From NCBI RefSeq assembly GCF_001194135.2, contig NC_068992.1, positions 45,697,573 to 45,761,572 of the forward strand: a stretch of 64,000 bases of DNA, read 5' to 3'. Below, piece after piece: positions 1-12,749 of this stretch. This DNA is from Octopus bimaculoides. Taxonomy: Eukaryota. The number at the start of each line of letters is the position of its first letter. Position 1 is the first letter of the stretch. The translations under genes were made by a program, and so were the position numbers. The notes below the pieces were generated by a model that did no database searches, was not told where the DNA came from, and was given only the letters and a program-made list of their open reading frames with translations.

Positions 1-499
1 TATATTTAAATAGATTTAAGGAGGGGCCAGTGGTGAGGTATATTTGAGCATAAGACGTATATATACGTAAGGCCTGTTTGTGAAAGCACCTGACAAAGGG
101 AAAAACAAGGACGAAGAAATTAAGTTTTTTCCGACTTCCTTAATTCAAAACCAAATATAATTAAATATTTGTTAAAATGTGATTAAAAATGAATATCCTA
201 TACATGACCTTTATATGTATATTTCCTCGCTGGATTTTACATTTCATTCATTACCATTGGCTGAAGATCTACAGCAACATAGTTGTTTCTGGTTAAGTAT
301 TGCTGACTATCTTAGAAAATCTGTGATTTTTATGAGTGCAAAGTGTTTTCAAATCTTGATGAGAATGTCCTTCCGCTTCCCTCCGGTGTCGTATTTCTGA
401 AATGTTTAAGTATGCACCACATCAGGATCATTATAAATGAATGAGCTTCCGAATTTGTGGCCAATTGTAGACTATTCTTTGCAAGTTTTGCAGTACTCT

Positions 500-1730
500 G
501 TGAGTTTGTTTCTTGAATTATGGTAAAACATACTAGTGAGAATTTCATTTAACACTTGTTCTGTAAGCAATTCCAGAATATCCTCGGCAACACAATGTTT
601 GAGTTTGAAAGTTCTCTGATATCGATATCATTACAATTAAGAAACACCTTTAGAAAACCTGCATTCTAGCTTGCCTATAAAGTGATTTTCTTCATGTTTT
701 CTCCTAATATTTTTATATGCATCTTACACATAATTTGTCTTCAAATTACATATCATTTCTTGATCTCATGATTTGATAAGTGGTATCACAATGGGTGGTA
801 AGAACAGAATTTGATCATTACAGTGTTTTAAATTACGATGTGAAGGAGCGTCATTAATTAGTAAAAGCAATAACATTTTTTAAAGTAAATGCTATTCTAT
901 TTTCTTTGGCATTAATTTTAGCTTCAGGAACTTAAAAGTTTTGAGAAAAAAGCAAGTTTTTTAAATCTTGAAGCAGTCATCCATGACACTTTTATTTACA
1001 CATCAATGAACTAAGAGAGTATTTTTATTCAATCCTCTCACTGCATATGGATTAAGAGCTCTATTAATTAATAACTACTTCATGATACCGTCACCTAATG
1101 TGCTACTGCATATTAACGTGATTTCAAACTGAGATGCTTAAAATAGCTAACGGGTATTTCTTCCGTTTTTGATAGGAAAATTTCCTTTTAACTTTTCTTT
1201 CAGAATAATGCGGTTTTCCATCATTAAATCATTATAACGAATAAGAATTTGTTACAAACGTTTTAGGTAATTCTTCAGCAGTTTCATCTACTTTCATCAT
1301 ACAATTAGGTTTGCAAAAGACTTCATTTCTAAAAGTCTTGAAGCCATTCCTTACTGTCCAAAATATTGGTCAAAGAATGGCAGTAACGAATAATTAGATA
1401 TTTCATTTGTGGTGTTATAAATCCTTATTCCTCTTCGTGTATAGCAAAACTGTCCACAAGCAATGTTTTGAATGGTTTTATCTCCATTGTATCAATGACA
1501 GTGCAATGTACATACGTGTTTTGACATTATTGAAGATCCTGTGATTATGTTAGATTTGGTTTTTCTCAGTTTCTTTTAATTCTTCTGAAAGTCTGTATGT
1601 ATGAAACGTATGCATGAAATGGTTTCCCTTTCCTTGTGGAATACTTTACATTTTGAAGTTTATTTAATGTCTTAATTTTAATTTCTAAAGAAATTATTTT
1701 TCCGTTTCTAATTTCACGATTGAAACTCTA
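500..1730 (-). mobile_element. Degraded pogo/Tigger-family (CENP-B-like, DDE_1) DNA transposase
   Basis: Manual minus-strand translation gives family motifs in the right order despite stops and frameshifts: KIISLEIKIKTLNKL (~1700-1660, N-terminal HTH), SKEWLQDF (1355-1332, cf. SKGWL.RF), TALF*K (~1215-1197, cf. DETGLFWK), NPYAVRGLNKNTL (cf. NPR...NKNTLP), LLLINDAPSH (867-838, cf. LLLLDNAPSH), ILFLPP..LIKS*DQEMICNLKTNY (810-~740, cf. FLPPNTTSLIQPMDQGVI.NLK..Y). TIRs were not identified and the ends are approximate. Confidence 0.85.
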
Positions 1731-1888
1731 TATTTCAATTTACTAAGAAAAGAAAAAGTAAAACTAACGTATACGGATTCAATAATGACAAACTGTGTCT
1801 GCGTTGCTTTATATACATAGGTAAGTGTCTCTTATATCTAATGCAGTGTTTTCAAATTTTGGCATGAGTTTAGCAATTTTGGAGGACA

Positions 1889-2062
1889 AGGTAACTCAAT
1901 TACATCGACAACAGTGCTCAACCGGTGCTTAATTTGTCAGAGCTGAAAGAAAGAAAGGCGGAGTCAACGTCGGTGGAGACTGAACTCAGAGCGCAAAGAT
2001 GGACGAAATGCCGCAGAGCATTTTGTTCGGGATTCTAACGAATCTGACTGTTCGCCACCTTA
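1889..2062 (-). mobile_element. Diverged tRNA-derived SINE (family A)
   Basis: Colinear similarity to the well-preserved copy at 33101-33326 (attacatcgac..cagtgctcaacc..gaactcaga..gacgaaatgccgc..ctaacg..cgccacctta). Confidence 0.75.
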
Positions 2063-2779
2063 CTTATATCTAACGATTATGGGTTATTAATAACATAATG
2101 GAAGGAAACAACCCAGGGCAGTGTTCTGCATATCAAGTACAAATATAGTAATGAATAGTTTTGGAAACCTTCCATTATTACTTTATATTTTCAATTTTAA
2201 ACCTTACCTAAAGAAAAATCACTGTTTAGTAATTACATATATAAGATAATTTCAGTTAGAAAAACAAAACAATTATTGAACTAGCTATATAATATATGTG
2301 AGACTCTGTGTGTCTGTACTTCATATGGAGGACGCCTCATGAGAGATGATCTCCCAGCCACTTGTTGATATATGTTTTCAGCCTCAAGACAATCTAGTTT
2401 TAGGAAGACTAAAGTGGAGGATTAGCAGAATTAGTTAAAACGTTAAATAAAATGCTTAATATTTGTTTGGTGTCTTTGTGTTTTTGATTCAATTCCCACC
2501 GAAAACAAGTCGCCTTCCTTCCTTTCATGGTCAATAATATAAAGGACTTGTCACGTATTGAACTGATGTACTTTGCTGGTCAGTTGTGCCACACTGCATT
2601 GGGCCCACATAGAATTGCGGAGCCTTAATCACCACATAAATGTGATGTGTCGTCCACAGGTGAAGCAATATATGATATCTGACACACTGGCGTCACATCA
2701 GTATTGTCTGACAATAATAACCTTTAGTTCAAACAATACAACATATATACACATATCTTTCATCATTCACCTAAAGGTA

Positions 2780-2853
<74 letters not shown>

Positions 2854-3710
2854 GAATTCCCGAGAAAAACATACACAGAAAAACTCATTACTACCACTTG
2901 TCTCCTTTAATACGACCGAAACATGGCTGCCAATTTCCTCAGTCGACTTTTAACACAACATACACTATCGTAGGGAATTTATTGAAACTATTTCTCTCAC
3001 TCGTTTAGTTTTTATTTAACATACCCTTTAAGACATGCTGATTCTTAATTGCATCCATAACCTCAGTAAATGAAAGTATTTCAGCTCACCATATTAGATT
3101 TGTTACACCCTTCTGTATGGATATTTAACTCGCGTAAATGTCTTTTGAGGTACTCTCTCTCAGCTATGTAGCGATTTATGTATCTTAACTTCAAAGTGGC
3201 ATATCATAAATTGAGAGTGGCAGAGTTGAGTAAGTCAGGAAGAAATGCATCAAACTTGTACATTAAATGCTAAAACATTTAACTGATTCAATTTTGCTTG
3301 AATGAACAAGAAGCAATAAGTACCGAGATTTAAGCAAAATTTGTTTAACTCATTTATATTATGTTCCTTATTACTTATCCTACTATGCATAGAATTCAAA
3401 AAAGAAATTACGTAAGTGGTAAAAATTATATAAATGTAAACGGTAAATTTTGTTTAAATTTCGGTAGTTATTGCTTCTTGCAAATTTAAACCGAAATATA
3501 AATCTCATATTTCTTGCTATTTCTCAAATAAATTTCGAAGAATTTCGATAACATTTAAGTGATATGATGTTAAAAGTAGGTTTCCTAATAATTTTTGTTT
3601 CAACATGCACGCTCATGCATGTGAAATAATCATAGACTTCACATTACAACAAATTCGACCGTAATTTCAAAATGAATAATCCATAAGTCGAGAGACAACT
3701 GCATATATTA

Positions 3711-4402
3711 TCAGGTCATTAAGAATGAAATGTCCGATTTTCTTATGCACTAAGTTTGACAGTCGCTTACTCTGAAGTTTTATCCTGACAATTCTTTGTT
3801 TAACTACATTGAATAGTTACATCATCATTTGTTCGAATGCAATTCCTGATGTCTCATTATATTGTGAGTTTTCTCTTCTAAATCAATTTTTATGAACCCA
3901 CGGATAGACCAAAGATTCGTGTTGCTTATGAATATGAATGCTGTCGTGGATGCAATGCATCCCAGAGAGCGCGAAATATCAATGAGGTGTTTGGTGAAGA
4001 TATGGCGAATGAGCGCTCTGGTGGATAATGAAGAGCAAGGTGGATAATGAAGAGCTTCAAACTGTAGTGGAAGCAGATACTACGCGTGAGTTAGCAGCAT
4101 GTGCTATTCAAGAGTTCGGTTGGGAAGCTCCACCGTATTCTCTTGATATAGCGCCTTCAGATTATTAGCATTTTGGTTGTTCTTTAATCGATTGCGAGGC
4201 GTTTCGTTCAACTATTATGAGCTGAAAACGAGGCTCAATGAATTCTTCCAGACAAGACTCTGTGATTTCTAACGTCAAAACATTCACAAGCAAGTGAAAT
4301 GTTGGCAAAGAGTTATCATCTGATTTGCTAAAACTGATGGTAAAAGAATAAGTTTCAAGGTAAATCAAAAATAACGGACAAATTTATTTGTCTACTCACT
4401 GA
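3711..4402 (+). mobile_element. Internally deleted mariner (D,D34D-type) transposon
   Basis: TA followed by TCAGGTCATTAAGAATGAAATGTCCG at 3711, with a decayed complement (cggacaaatttatttgtctactcactga) at 4375-4402. From 3900 the translation reads (T)DRPKIRVAYEYECCRGCNASQRARNINEVFGEDMANER and KVDNEELQTVVEADTTRELAA, then jumps to FGWEAPPYSLDIAPSDY (cf. HPPYSPDLAPSDY) and LNEFFQTRLCDF*RQNIHKQVKCWQRVI (mariner C-terminus). Confidence 0.9.
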
Positions 4403-5362
4403 AAATAATTTGCATGCGTAAGCATATTTCAATACACACCGTAAGTGTATTTGTAGTTATAATGAAATGTTTCAAATTCAAAGATACCCTTTTAAATTTG
4501 TCTTCATCCTTGCTAGTTTGAAACTAAAGGTATTAGTAGTCTGGAGTGGTCTACCAATATATTTCTTTTTGTTGATGCAATATAAAGATTGTAAAGAATT
4601 TAGATGTCTTCTGACAGCGGGCTGCTGTATAAGTTCTATGTACTTATTAACGATTGCGCCAACAATAGTTTTATGTATTGGCCATTAATGCAGTGGAGTG
4701 TTGATAATGGGAAACGAACCCATAAGCCTTCGATCAATTGTCTGATACGCTTATGGACTAGACTTTCTGATTGAACTTCCATAAGTCTATTTAAGGTGTT
4801 AATCTAGAATACAATATATTAGAATGGGATACCTTTTTTATGATGTAGAGAAGTGAGATAGCTCCATTGAAGTTTGTCTTTAGAGAACTGATACGCTCAA
4901 TAGAAAAAGATGAAAGAGATAAAACATTGAGATAGATAAGCAATAAATGAAAGTATTTTAGTATTTCCACAACATTTACAATTGACTTAAGCAGTTTTAT
5001 AACCGAGCTATTGTTAAGGAAGAACGTACAATAGGGTTAGAACACTATCTTTGAATCTAGTATCTTAGTGGAGGTGGTAGAACAGAGGACAAAATACCTT
5101 GCGCTATATAGCTACGTTTTTTTCCAATTCGCAATTCAAATTCTGAGTTCAAATACCGCTATGAACTATTCTTATAGATTGTCTAACAAACACCCTCAAT
5201 TAATTCTCTCCTTATGTTTAAGACAAAAGTTATTTTCAGTGGTCATATTTTCATTACATGTATCCTCATGTGGACAATCGTCCTTTTTTATATTGTATTG
5301 TTGCTGTTTCTTTTGAAAATGTATAGAAAGCTTTTGGGTGTTTTTATACTTTCCACAACACT

Positions 5363-5412
<50 letters not shown>

Positions 5413-5938
5413 TCTCTCTTTTTCCCCCTCTTTCCCTCTCTCTCTCATTTTCTCTTTCTCCCTCTCTCAGCACTTACTTTCCTTTTCATGAGAGAGTTTG
5501 ATCTTGCTTTCGATTTCTAGGAGTGTCGGTATTGAAATAAACTTTTTCCTAACCTTCAGTTGTCTATTCCGGTTTGAGACTTGTGATCTGCGTCACATAA
5601 GGAGTTTTTTCTGTCCTTGAAAATCTTGATTGTCGGTTAGCTGGCTTTTCCTTCCGGGTTATATTTAATGCGTATATCTTGCACTGTTGATATAAACTGC
5701 GTTTCAATTCAGTGTCTTACATACCTAGGATGTTGGACCAGTTTCGTTTCAGGATTGATTCGCATTTTGGTTTATTGAAATTCAAGTTGGATATGGCTAG
5801 AGTATACCGGAAACGGTAGATACCAGCAGTTCGCTTAAGACCATACATAGTTAGTTCAACAATATTGTGGTCTTACAGTACTGTTGCCATCACCCTCACA
5901 TTTTGGATGAAGTCCACATTATCTATGGACCGAATATA

Positions 5939-6001
<63 letters not shown>

Positions 6002-7879
6002 ATATACAGACACACAGACACAGACACAGAGGAAAGTGTGTAAGTTAGTCGAACCTCACCGACATAAGTAACAATAAGTGTGAGTGTATTACAACTACTT
6101 CTTAGATCTATCCCAGGGAATTTTTACAGACAATGCGTAGTGCATTGCAGTTGGGACAGGGAATAAATGGAGTTGGAGCGGGTAAGCAGAGTCTATGGTT
6201 TTAGTGCAACACTCTTCCCTATCTACCAACTCACTGATCTGTATCTTTGAATTATAATTAAAAAGAGAACTGGTATAACAATTAGATATATGATAGCTTT
6301 GAAAAACTTGGAATTTTACACAAGACTTACAATGATACGAATGGTGGGTGAGGAAGAAATAGTAATTAAGTGGGTTAGTAAGAAGAAAAGAAAGTTGATA
6401 TGGTTAGATAAAAATGATAGAGAATATATTGCTTTTGAAGAATAGTTTGCAATCATTTAACTTCAGTCGAACTGAGAAGCAATTATCGATTTCATTTGCG
6501 AAATAGACTTGAAAATGATTAGATAAAACTACAAAGAAATATTGACGAACAAAGGCAGAGAAGGGGTAACAAGAAAGAGAGAGATGGTAAGTAGAAATAA
6601 GAAGAGAAAAAAATTAATTGCAATCACCAAAGGAAGAAATAACGTCTCTATTTCCCTGAATTGCCAGAAGGTGGAGTATACAGATGTACATAAGTTGAAT
6701 ATTATCTAGTCAACTGACCGATTCGGAAGGACATTTAAATCAACAGCTCTTCATTCTTGACAATGGTTAAATAAACCACAGACATCAATATTCATCACAT
6801 TAGTAATAAGAAAAATTGTAGTATTGTTTCAGTGTGTATCGATAGCAAAACCTGCAATGATACATGCATAATTTATAATTAATTACCTTTCATGCATAAT
6901 TCATAGTATTTAAAGATTTATCACGACCGGTACTTTAATGTTCAACTGTCAGCTGCGCAAATCAAAATTTTATCCTCCTAGTACGTGCGATAAATTTCAC
7001 ATGGTCGAAATTTTCACAGTCGAGTTTCAGGTATTCTAATCATTTCTTTATTTAGCTAGTGACCTGCTAAATAATCACTTCACAACCTAGTTTGTGATTA
7101 CTTAATTATCACCCTCTACCTTTACCTAGCTATTCATCTGCTAAACAGTCGTTTATCAACCCAATTTTCACTTATACTCTCCATATTTTCAGGTGGAATT
7201 CTTGATAACAATATCTAAAATACTTATAGCTTTAGTGGAAGAAATTACGGATTATTAATAATACTTTAAGAAATTCCAAGAAGTGGACATTGATGATCAT
7301 CTGACAATATTCAACAACATCATTAGCAACAGTAACAAGGGAAATACATCAAGCTAAGCCATAATCCTCATCAACAGTAGCAGTTGCAGGACTATTATAT
7401 TAAGTGTGGTAGGTGCAAGTGATCGTCTCCATCTTTAATAATCATTGGATTTGACAGTTTGGGTTAATTAGGTAATCTTTAATTAATTAATTAGTCTTTA
7501 ATACTTTAAACAGGCGTTGATTGGGATGAAATACATGAAAGTGAAGGTTGGTATCCCAAAATTACTGGACAGATGCTAAAATCAACTTATTCACAAACCT
7601 AAATTTCATAAATAAAAGAATCACAATAAATAGAGAATAATTTATATGGAAGTCTTCCTTTTCTGTCGTTATTAATTGCTGTAATTCCAGGGCAGGAGTA
7701 TATTTGACCCTTCCGAAATATACATTTGTATTTGTTAGACTAAATTTTTGATTTCTATTGAATTATAACAGGGATATGTACACACAAGCGGGCGCGCACA
7801 CATTCAGTTACACACACAAGTTCTAATAGGAGTATATTAGAATCACTATGCCTAATTGAAATATACATACGCACAAAAG

Positions 7880-7971
<92 letters not shown>

Positions 7972-8247
7972 GAGAAGAGAGAGAGAGAGAGATGGTTTGA
8001 AGTGGTGTACAGATTTTGTCTATTTCAAGAAAAGGGTGTAATCAGGATTTGGACAATAACTAATTTATTTATCACTTTCATCCATTTCAGAGATTCATCA
8101 TTGATAATTTCTTATAGCAAATTCAAACCTCTATATGTGTTCGTTGAAAAAAAAAAAAAGTCTAGAGCTGAATTTATTTTCTTCAGTTTTGGAACGAGAG
8201 TATTTTGGGAGTGGTTAACATGTTCTTTGTCATTTTGAATATATGTG

Positions 8248-8306
<59 letters not shown>

Positions 8307-8664
8307 TTGTTTATGTATGTGTAAATGAGTGTAAGCATGCGTTTGTAGTGAGTTTTTAAACAAAAAATAAATGAAGGAAAGAATGAAAAAGGTACTTTTC
8401 TAGGGTGGTTTAAATTTATGATATATATAGATATACATATATAAAGAGAGAGGGGAGACAGAGAGATGGAGAGAGATAAAGAGAGAGAGAAAACGATTGA
8501 GCAACAGCATATCAAACGCCGACTCAAAACACTGGTCACCGAAGTATTCCACGAAATACTGCAAAATATTTTAAAGCTCAGATTCTCTCTAGGTTCTAGA
8601 AACCAGCTCTATATATTATGGTAAATTATTTAATCAACCGACTGACACAGGTTTTGGTAAATAA

Positions 8665-9241
8665 TGACATGTGTAGGGGATCCGAACAGAGATAATACCC
8701 GTGACATCTGGCAGCTACACCTTGACGGGAATGGTCAGGTGGAATGGCATCTCCAGTACTTATACAATTCTTAATCTCTCACTTGATGACGTTTGGTGCC
8801 ACACACCCCTGTCTTCAGCTGGTGGGTGAATCCAAGCGAGGGATGTTGTTCACACTACACTATTTTGGCAAGAGACTGTTAGAAGGCTTCCTAAGGAGTT
8901 AACGCTAGAGTGACGGATCCCGCTCACCTCAAAGATCAAGTGGCCAGAGCAAAGTCGAATCTCAGGTAGGGGTACACGGTCGTGGCTAAGAAGAATGAAC
9001 CTCGCCATGATAACTTGTCCATGATGCTGACAAGCCGGCTAGGGAGCCATACCGGTTCTGCCGTCGCATGTTTTTACAATAAAGAGCAGGCAGGCTTCAA
9101 TTTCGCCGACCGACGGTAGGAGTCAGAAGACTAAGAGAATCGATGAAATGTGGTTGCGACATCATAAATGGGTGCCTCGACGACCATTCGGTCAAGGGAT
9201 ACGAAGGAGACAGAAGAAACCCTCGCTGCTAAGGAAAGTCA
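8665..9241. repeat. GC-elevated complex block, probable interspersed-repeat remnant (unassigned)
   Basis: About 580 bp of complex sequence that is visibly more GC-rich than its AT-rich flanks and ends at a (CA)-rich tract. No frame gave a recognisable domain. Confidence 0.35.
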
Positions 9242-9877
9242 AACACACATACACACACACATAAACACTCACACAAACATAAACACGCACACACACAAAT
9301 AGACACACACATATATATACGCATGACTACTTTAATAAAATAATAAATATATAATGCTGTTTAATACAATGGTTATAGTATTCCAGACTAAAGTAGTTTG
9401 ATATTTAAACAATAGCTTTAAACTAGAGAATAATTTTAGAATTTTTCTTAGAATTTTTCCTAAATTATCTGTATTTGTTAAATTACAACTTGCTTCATAA
9501 ACTGATAAATATTATGTGGATCATATAATCTTTCTATGAAGATTCATAACATGTATTGAAATATGACTATGAGTTCGGCCAGAGGGTGTTTCAATAGAAA
9601 TATATAACAATACACACATAAATATATATTCACCTAGACACACTAAAACACCGTGTGGATGTGTGTGTGTAAGTAGCAGCAGTAGTAGTAGTAGTATAGA
9701 TTTCAGGAAGCATTGTCTGATGTATATCAATGTCTTTAATTTCTTTCTTTCTATAAAGCCTAGACAATGCAAGTTATAAGAAATAATATAGGTATTATTT
9801 TTAATAGCTTGCATTGTTTTGCCTTTATAAGAAGAAACAGATATAAATATATGAATATTTACATGCATGTATATATG

Positions 9878-10281
9878 TATTCTTTTACTCTTCTACATGT
9901 TTCCGTCATTTGACTGTGGCCATGCTGGAGCACCGCCTTTAGTCGAACAAATCGACCCCAGGACTTATTCTTTGTAAACCTAGTACTTATTCTATCGGTC
10001 TTGTTTGCCGCTAANNNNNNNNNNTACTTATTCTATCGGTCTTGTTTGCCGCTAAGTTACGAGGACGTAAACACACCAGCATCGGTTGTCAAGCGATGTT
10101 GAGGGGACAAACACAGACACACAAACATATGCACACACGCATATATATATATACATATATACGAGGGGCTTCTTTCGGTTTCAGTCTACCAAATCCACTC
10201 ACAAGGCTTTGGTCGGACCGAGGCTATAGTAGAAGACACTTGCCCTAGGTGCCACGCAGTAGGACTGAACCCGGAACCATA
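9878..10281 (-). mobile_element. Composite tRNA-derived SINE (family B): tRNA-like head plus CORE-like block, internal (TA/CA)n linker, 3' module
   Basis: The minus strand reads atggttccgggttcagtcc (B-box-like), ..gtggcacctagggcaagtgtcttctactatagcc (CORE-SINE-like), a microsatellite, then ..ggggtcgatttgttcgactaaaggcggtgctccagcatggcc..gacggaaac. It is split by a 10-N gap with a 31-bp flanking duplication (9984-10014 = 10025-10055). It resembles the known octopus OR/OK-type SINEs (from memory). Confidence 0.85.
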
Positions 10282-10292
10282 TATACTATATA

Positions 10293-10342
<50 letters not shown>

Positions 10343-10386
10343 CATATACATACACATATATATGTATATGCATAAATGTATAAATG

Positions 10387-10457
<71 letters not shown>

Positions 10458-11142
10458 TTAAACCTATACCTGTGGATATTTTCTATAATTAATTCTTAAA
10501 CAATTGCACAAATTTATCATATATAATATATTNNNNNNNNNNNNNNNNNNNNNNNNNNNNNNNNNNNNNNNNNNNNNNNNNNNNNNNNNNNNNNNNNNNN
10601 NNNNNNNNNNNNNNNNNNNNNNNNNNNNNNNNNNNNNNNNNNNNNNNNNNNNNNNNNNNNNNNNNNNNNNNNNNNNNNNNNNNNNNNNNNNNNNNNNNNN
10701 NNNNNNNNNNNNNNNNNNNNNNNNNNNNNNNNNNNNNNNNNNNNNNNNNNNNNNNNNNNNNNNNNNNNNNNNNNNNNNNNNNNNNNNNNNNNNNNNNNNN
10801 NNNNNNNNNNNNNNNNNNNNNNNNNNNNNNNNNNNNNNNNNNNNNNNNNNNNNNNNNNNNNNNNNNNNNNNNNNNNNNNNNNNNNNNNNNNNNNNNNNNN
10901 NNNNNNNNNNNNNNNNNNNNNNNNNNNNNNNNNNNNNNNNNNNNNNNNNNNNNNNNNNNNNNNNNNNNNNNNNNNNNNNNNNNNNNNNNNNNNNNNNNNN
11001 NNNNNNNNNNNNNNNNNNNNNNNNNNNNNNNNNNNNNNNNNNNNNNNNNNNNNNNNNNNNNNNNNNNNNNNNNNNNNNNNNNNNNNNNNNNNNNNNNNNN
11101 NNNNNNNNNNNNNNNNNNNNNNNNNNNNNNNNNNNNNNNNNN

Positions 11143-11215
<73 letters not shown>

Positions 11216-12636
11216 CATATTTTTATATGTACATTTACATACATATATATCGTTGTCATTGAATGATGACGATGATGGTGATGGTGATGATGGTGGTGGT
11301 GGTGGCAGTGGTGGCAGCAGCGGCAGCAGCGGCGGCAGCGGTGGTCGTGACATCGGCGATGCTACTGCTGCTGGTGACTGTATACGATGATTTAATTGAA
11401 GATGCAGAGCTTTTTACTTACATATTGGTTGTGATGTTGCAGGATATAAGTGAAACAAAAAGAATTTATTTTACCGAGCGTTAACACTGGAATAGGAACA
11501 AGAGACGTGAAGGAAAGCTGCCAACAATACGCACTGGATTTTATAGCTTGTGATATCTATTAACCTGAAGCACCTCTATTCACATACACATACACACACT
11601 AACGCACACTCGAACACGTGCGAACACATATACATACATACATACAGAGATCTATGTGTATGTGTGTGAATACGTATTTACGTGTTCATATGCATCTACG
11701 TGTGCATCCAGTTCTTTTCGTTTTATGCATGCTTCTTGTTATATGTGCGTGTCCATTTCTGTATATATACGAGTACATATCAGTCTATGTGTGTGTTTGT
11801 TTCCAGAATCCATTTTCAATTTTCTCTTTGTCTCCGGTTTCATCTTATACATTTTAATTCCATTCTCCCACTTTAATCTGTAAAGCACACTGCAAGTACG
11901 AAATAATTTTTTTTCCTTGCAGTTAATTATGTCTTGGAACTGAAGTAAGAACGGAAAACAAAATTATATAAAATTATAAATATAAGAACAGCCACACGTT
12001 CTTTACATAGCTTTTTGTCCAGCATTGAATTTACTTATTTCGTTGTAACTTGAGATTATGCATCGCCGTGTCGATAGTGTAACAGCTAACCAGCCGATAG
12101 AAAGGTGATTTGCTTCGTGTTACAATCACTGTCGTCTTTCCAACTTAGCTACCAACGAATAAATCTGCTTAGCTCTGACTAGATAGGCCCGTCTATGTTG
12201 TGTAATTAGTTGTTGTAAGCAGTGGCAATATTGAGAATTTGGCGAGTGCATGGAAATTTACAGATTTCTATTTTAATACTAAGAGATATAAAACAAATTA
12301 TTAAGGCCAGTGGTCTACAATCTGCTTAACGCTATGGTGACCAAAACTAATCATTAGTGCTTTGGATATTAATTATTGACCAAAAATCAATTAGAGTTTA
12401 GATACATATTTTACTTCTACTTATTCAGCAACAAGCATGTGAGGAATAAATCTGTCAGCCCTCTTATAACTGTACCTAATTTAGGCCGAAGGCAAACAAT
12501 TTTTAAGGGAAGCCTAAGTCGATAACATTGAAAAATGAAAGGCAAATTTGACTCCGGCGTAATCAGAACTTAGAATGTAAAAAAACGGAGCATCATGTTT
12601 TGGACGCACTAACGATATAGTGATATCATCACCAAG

Positions 12637-12745
12637 TTCCGCGTGGCACTTTGGGCAAGTGTCTTCTACTATAGCCTCGGGCCGACCAAAGCCTTGTGAG
12701 TGGATTTGGTAGACGGAAACTGAAAGAAGTCCGTCGTATATATCT
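12637..12745 (+). mobile_element. CORE-like 5' module of SINE family B
   Basis: gtggcactttgggcaagtgtcttctactatagcctcgggccgaccaaagccttgtgagtggatttggtagacggaaactgaaagaag closely matches the reverse complement of 10160-10258. Confidence 0.85.
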
Positions 12746-12749
12746 ATAG

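Noticed and set aside
9984-10055. 31-bp direct repeat as a target-site duplication
   Set aside because: It flanks a 10-N gap inside a SINE, the typical signature of an unmerged contig overlap.
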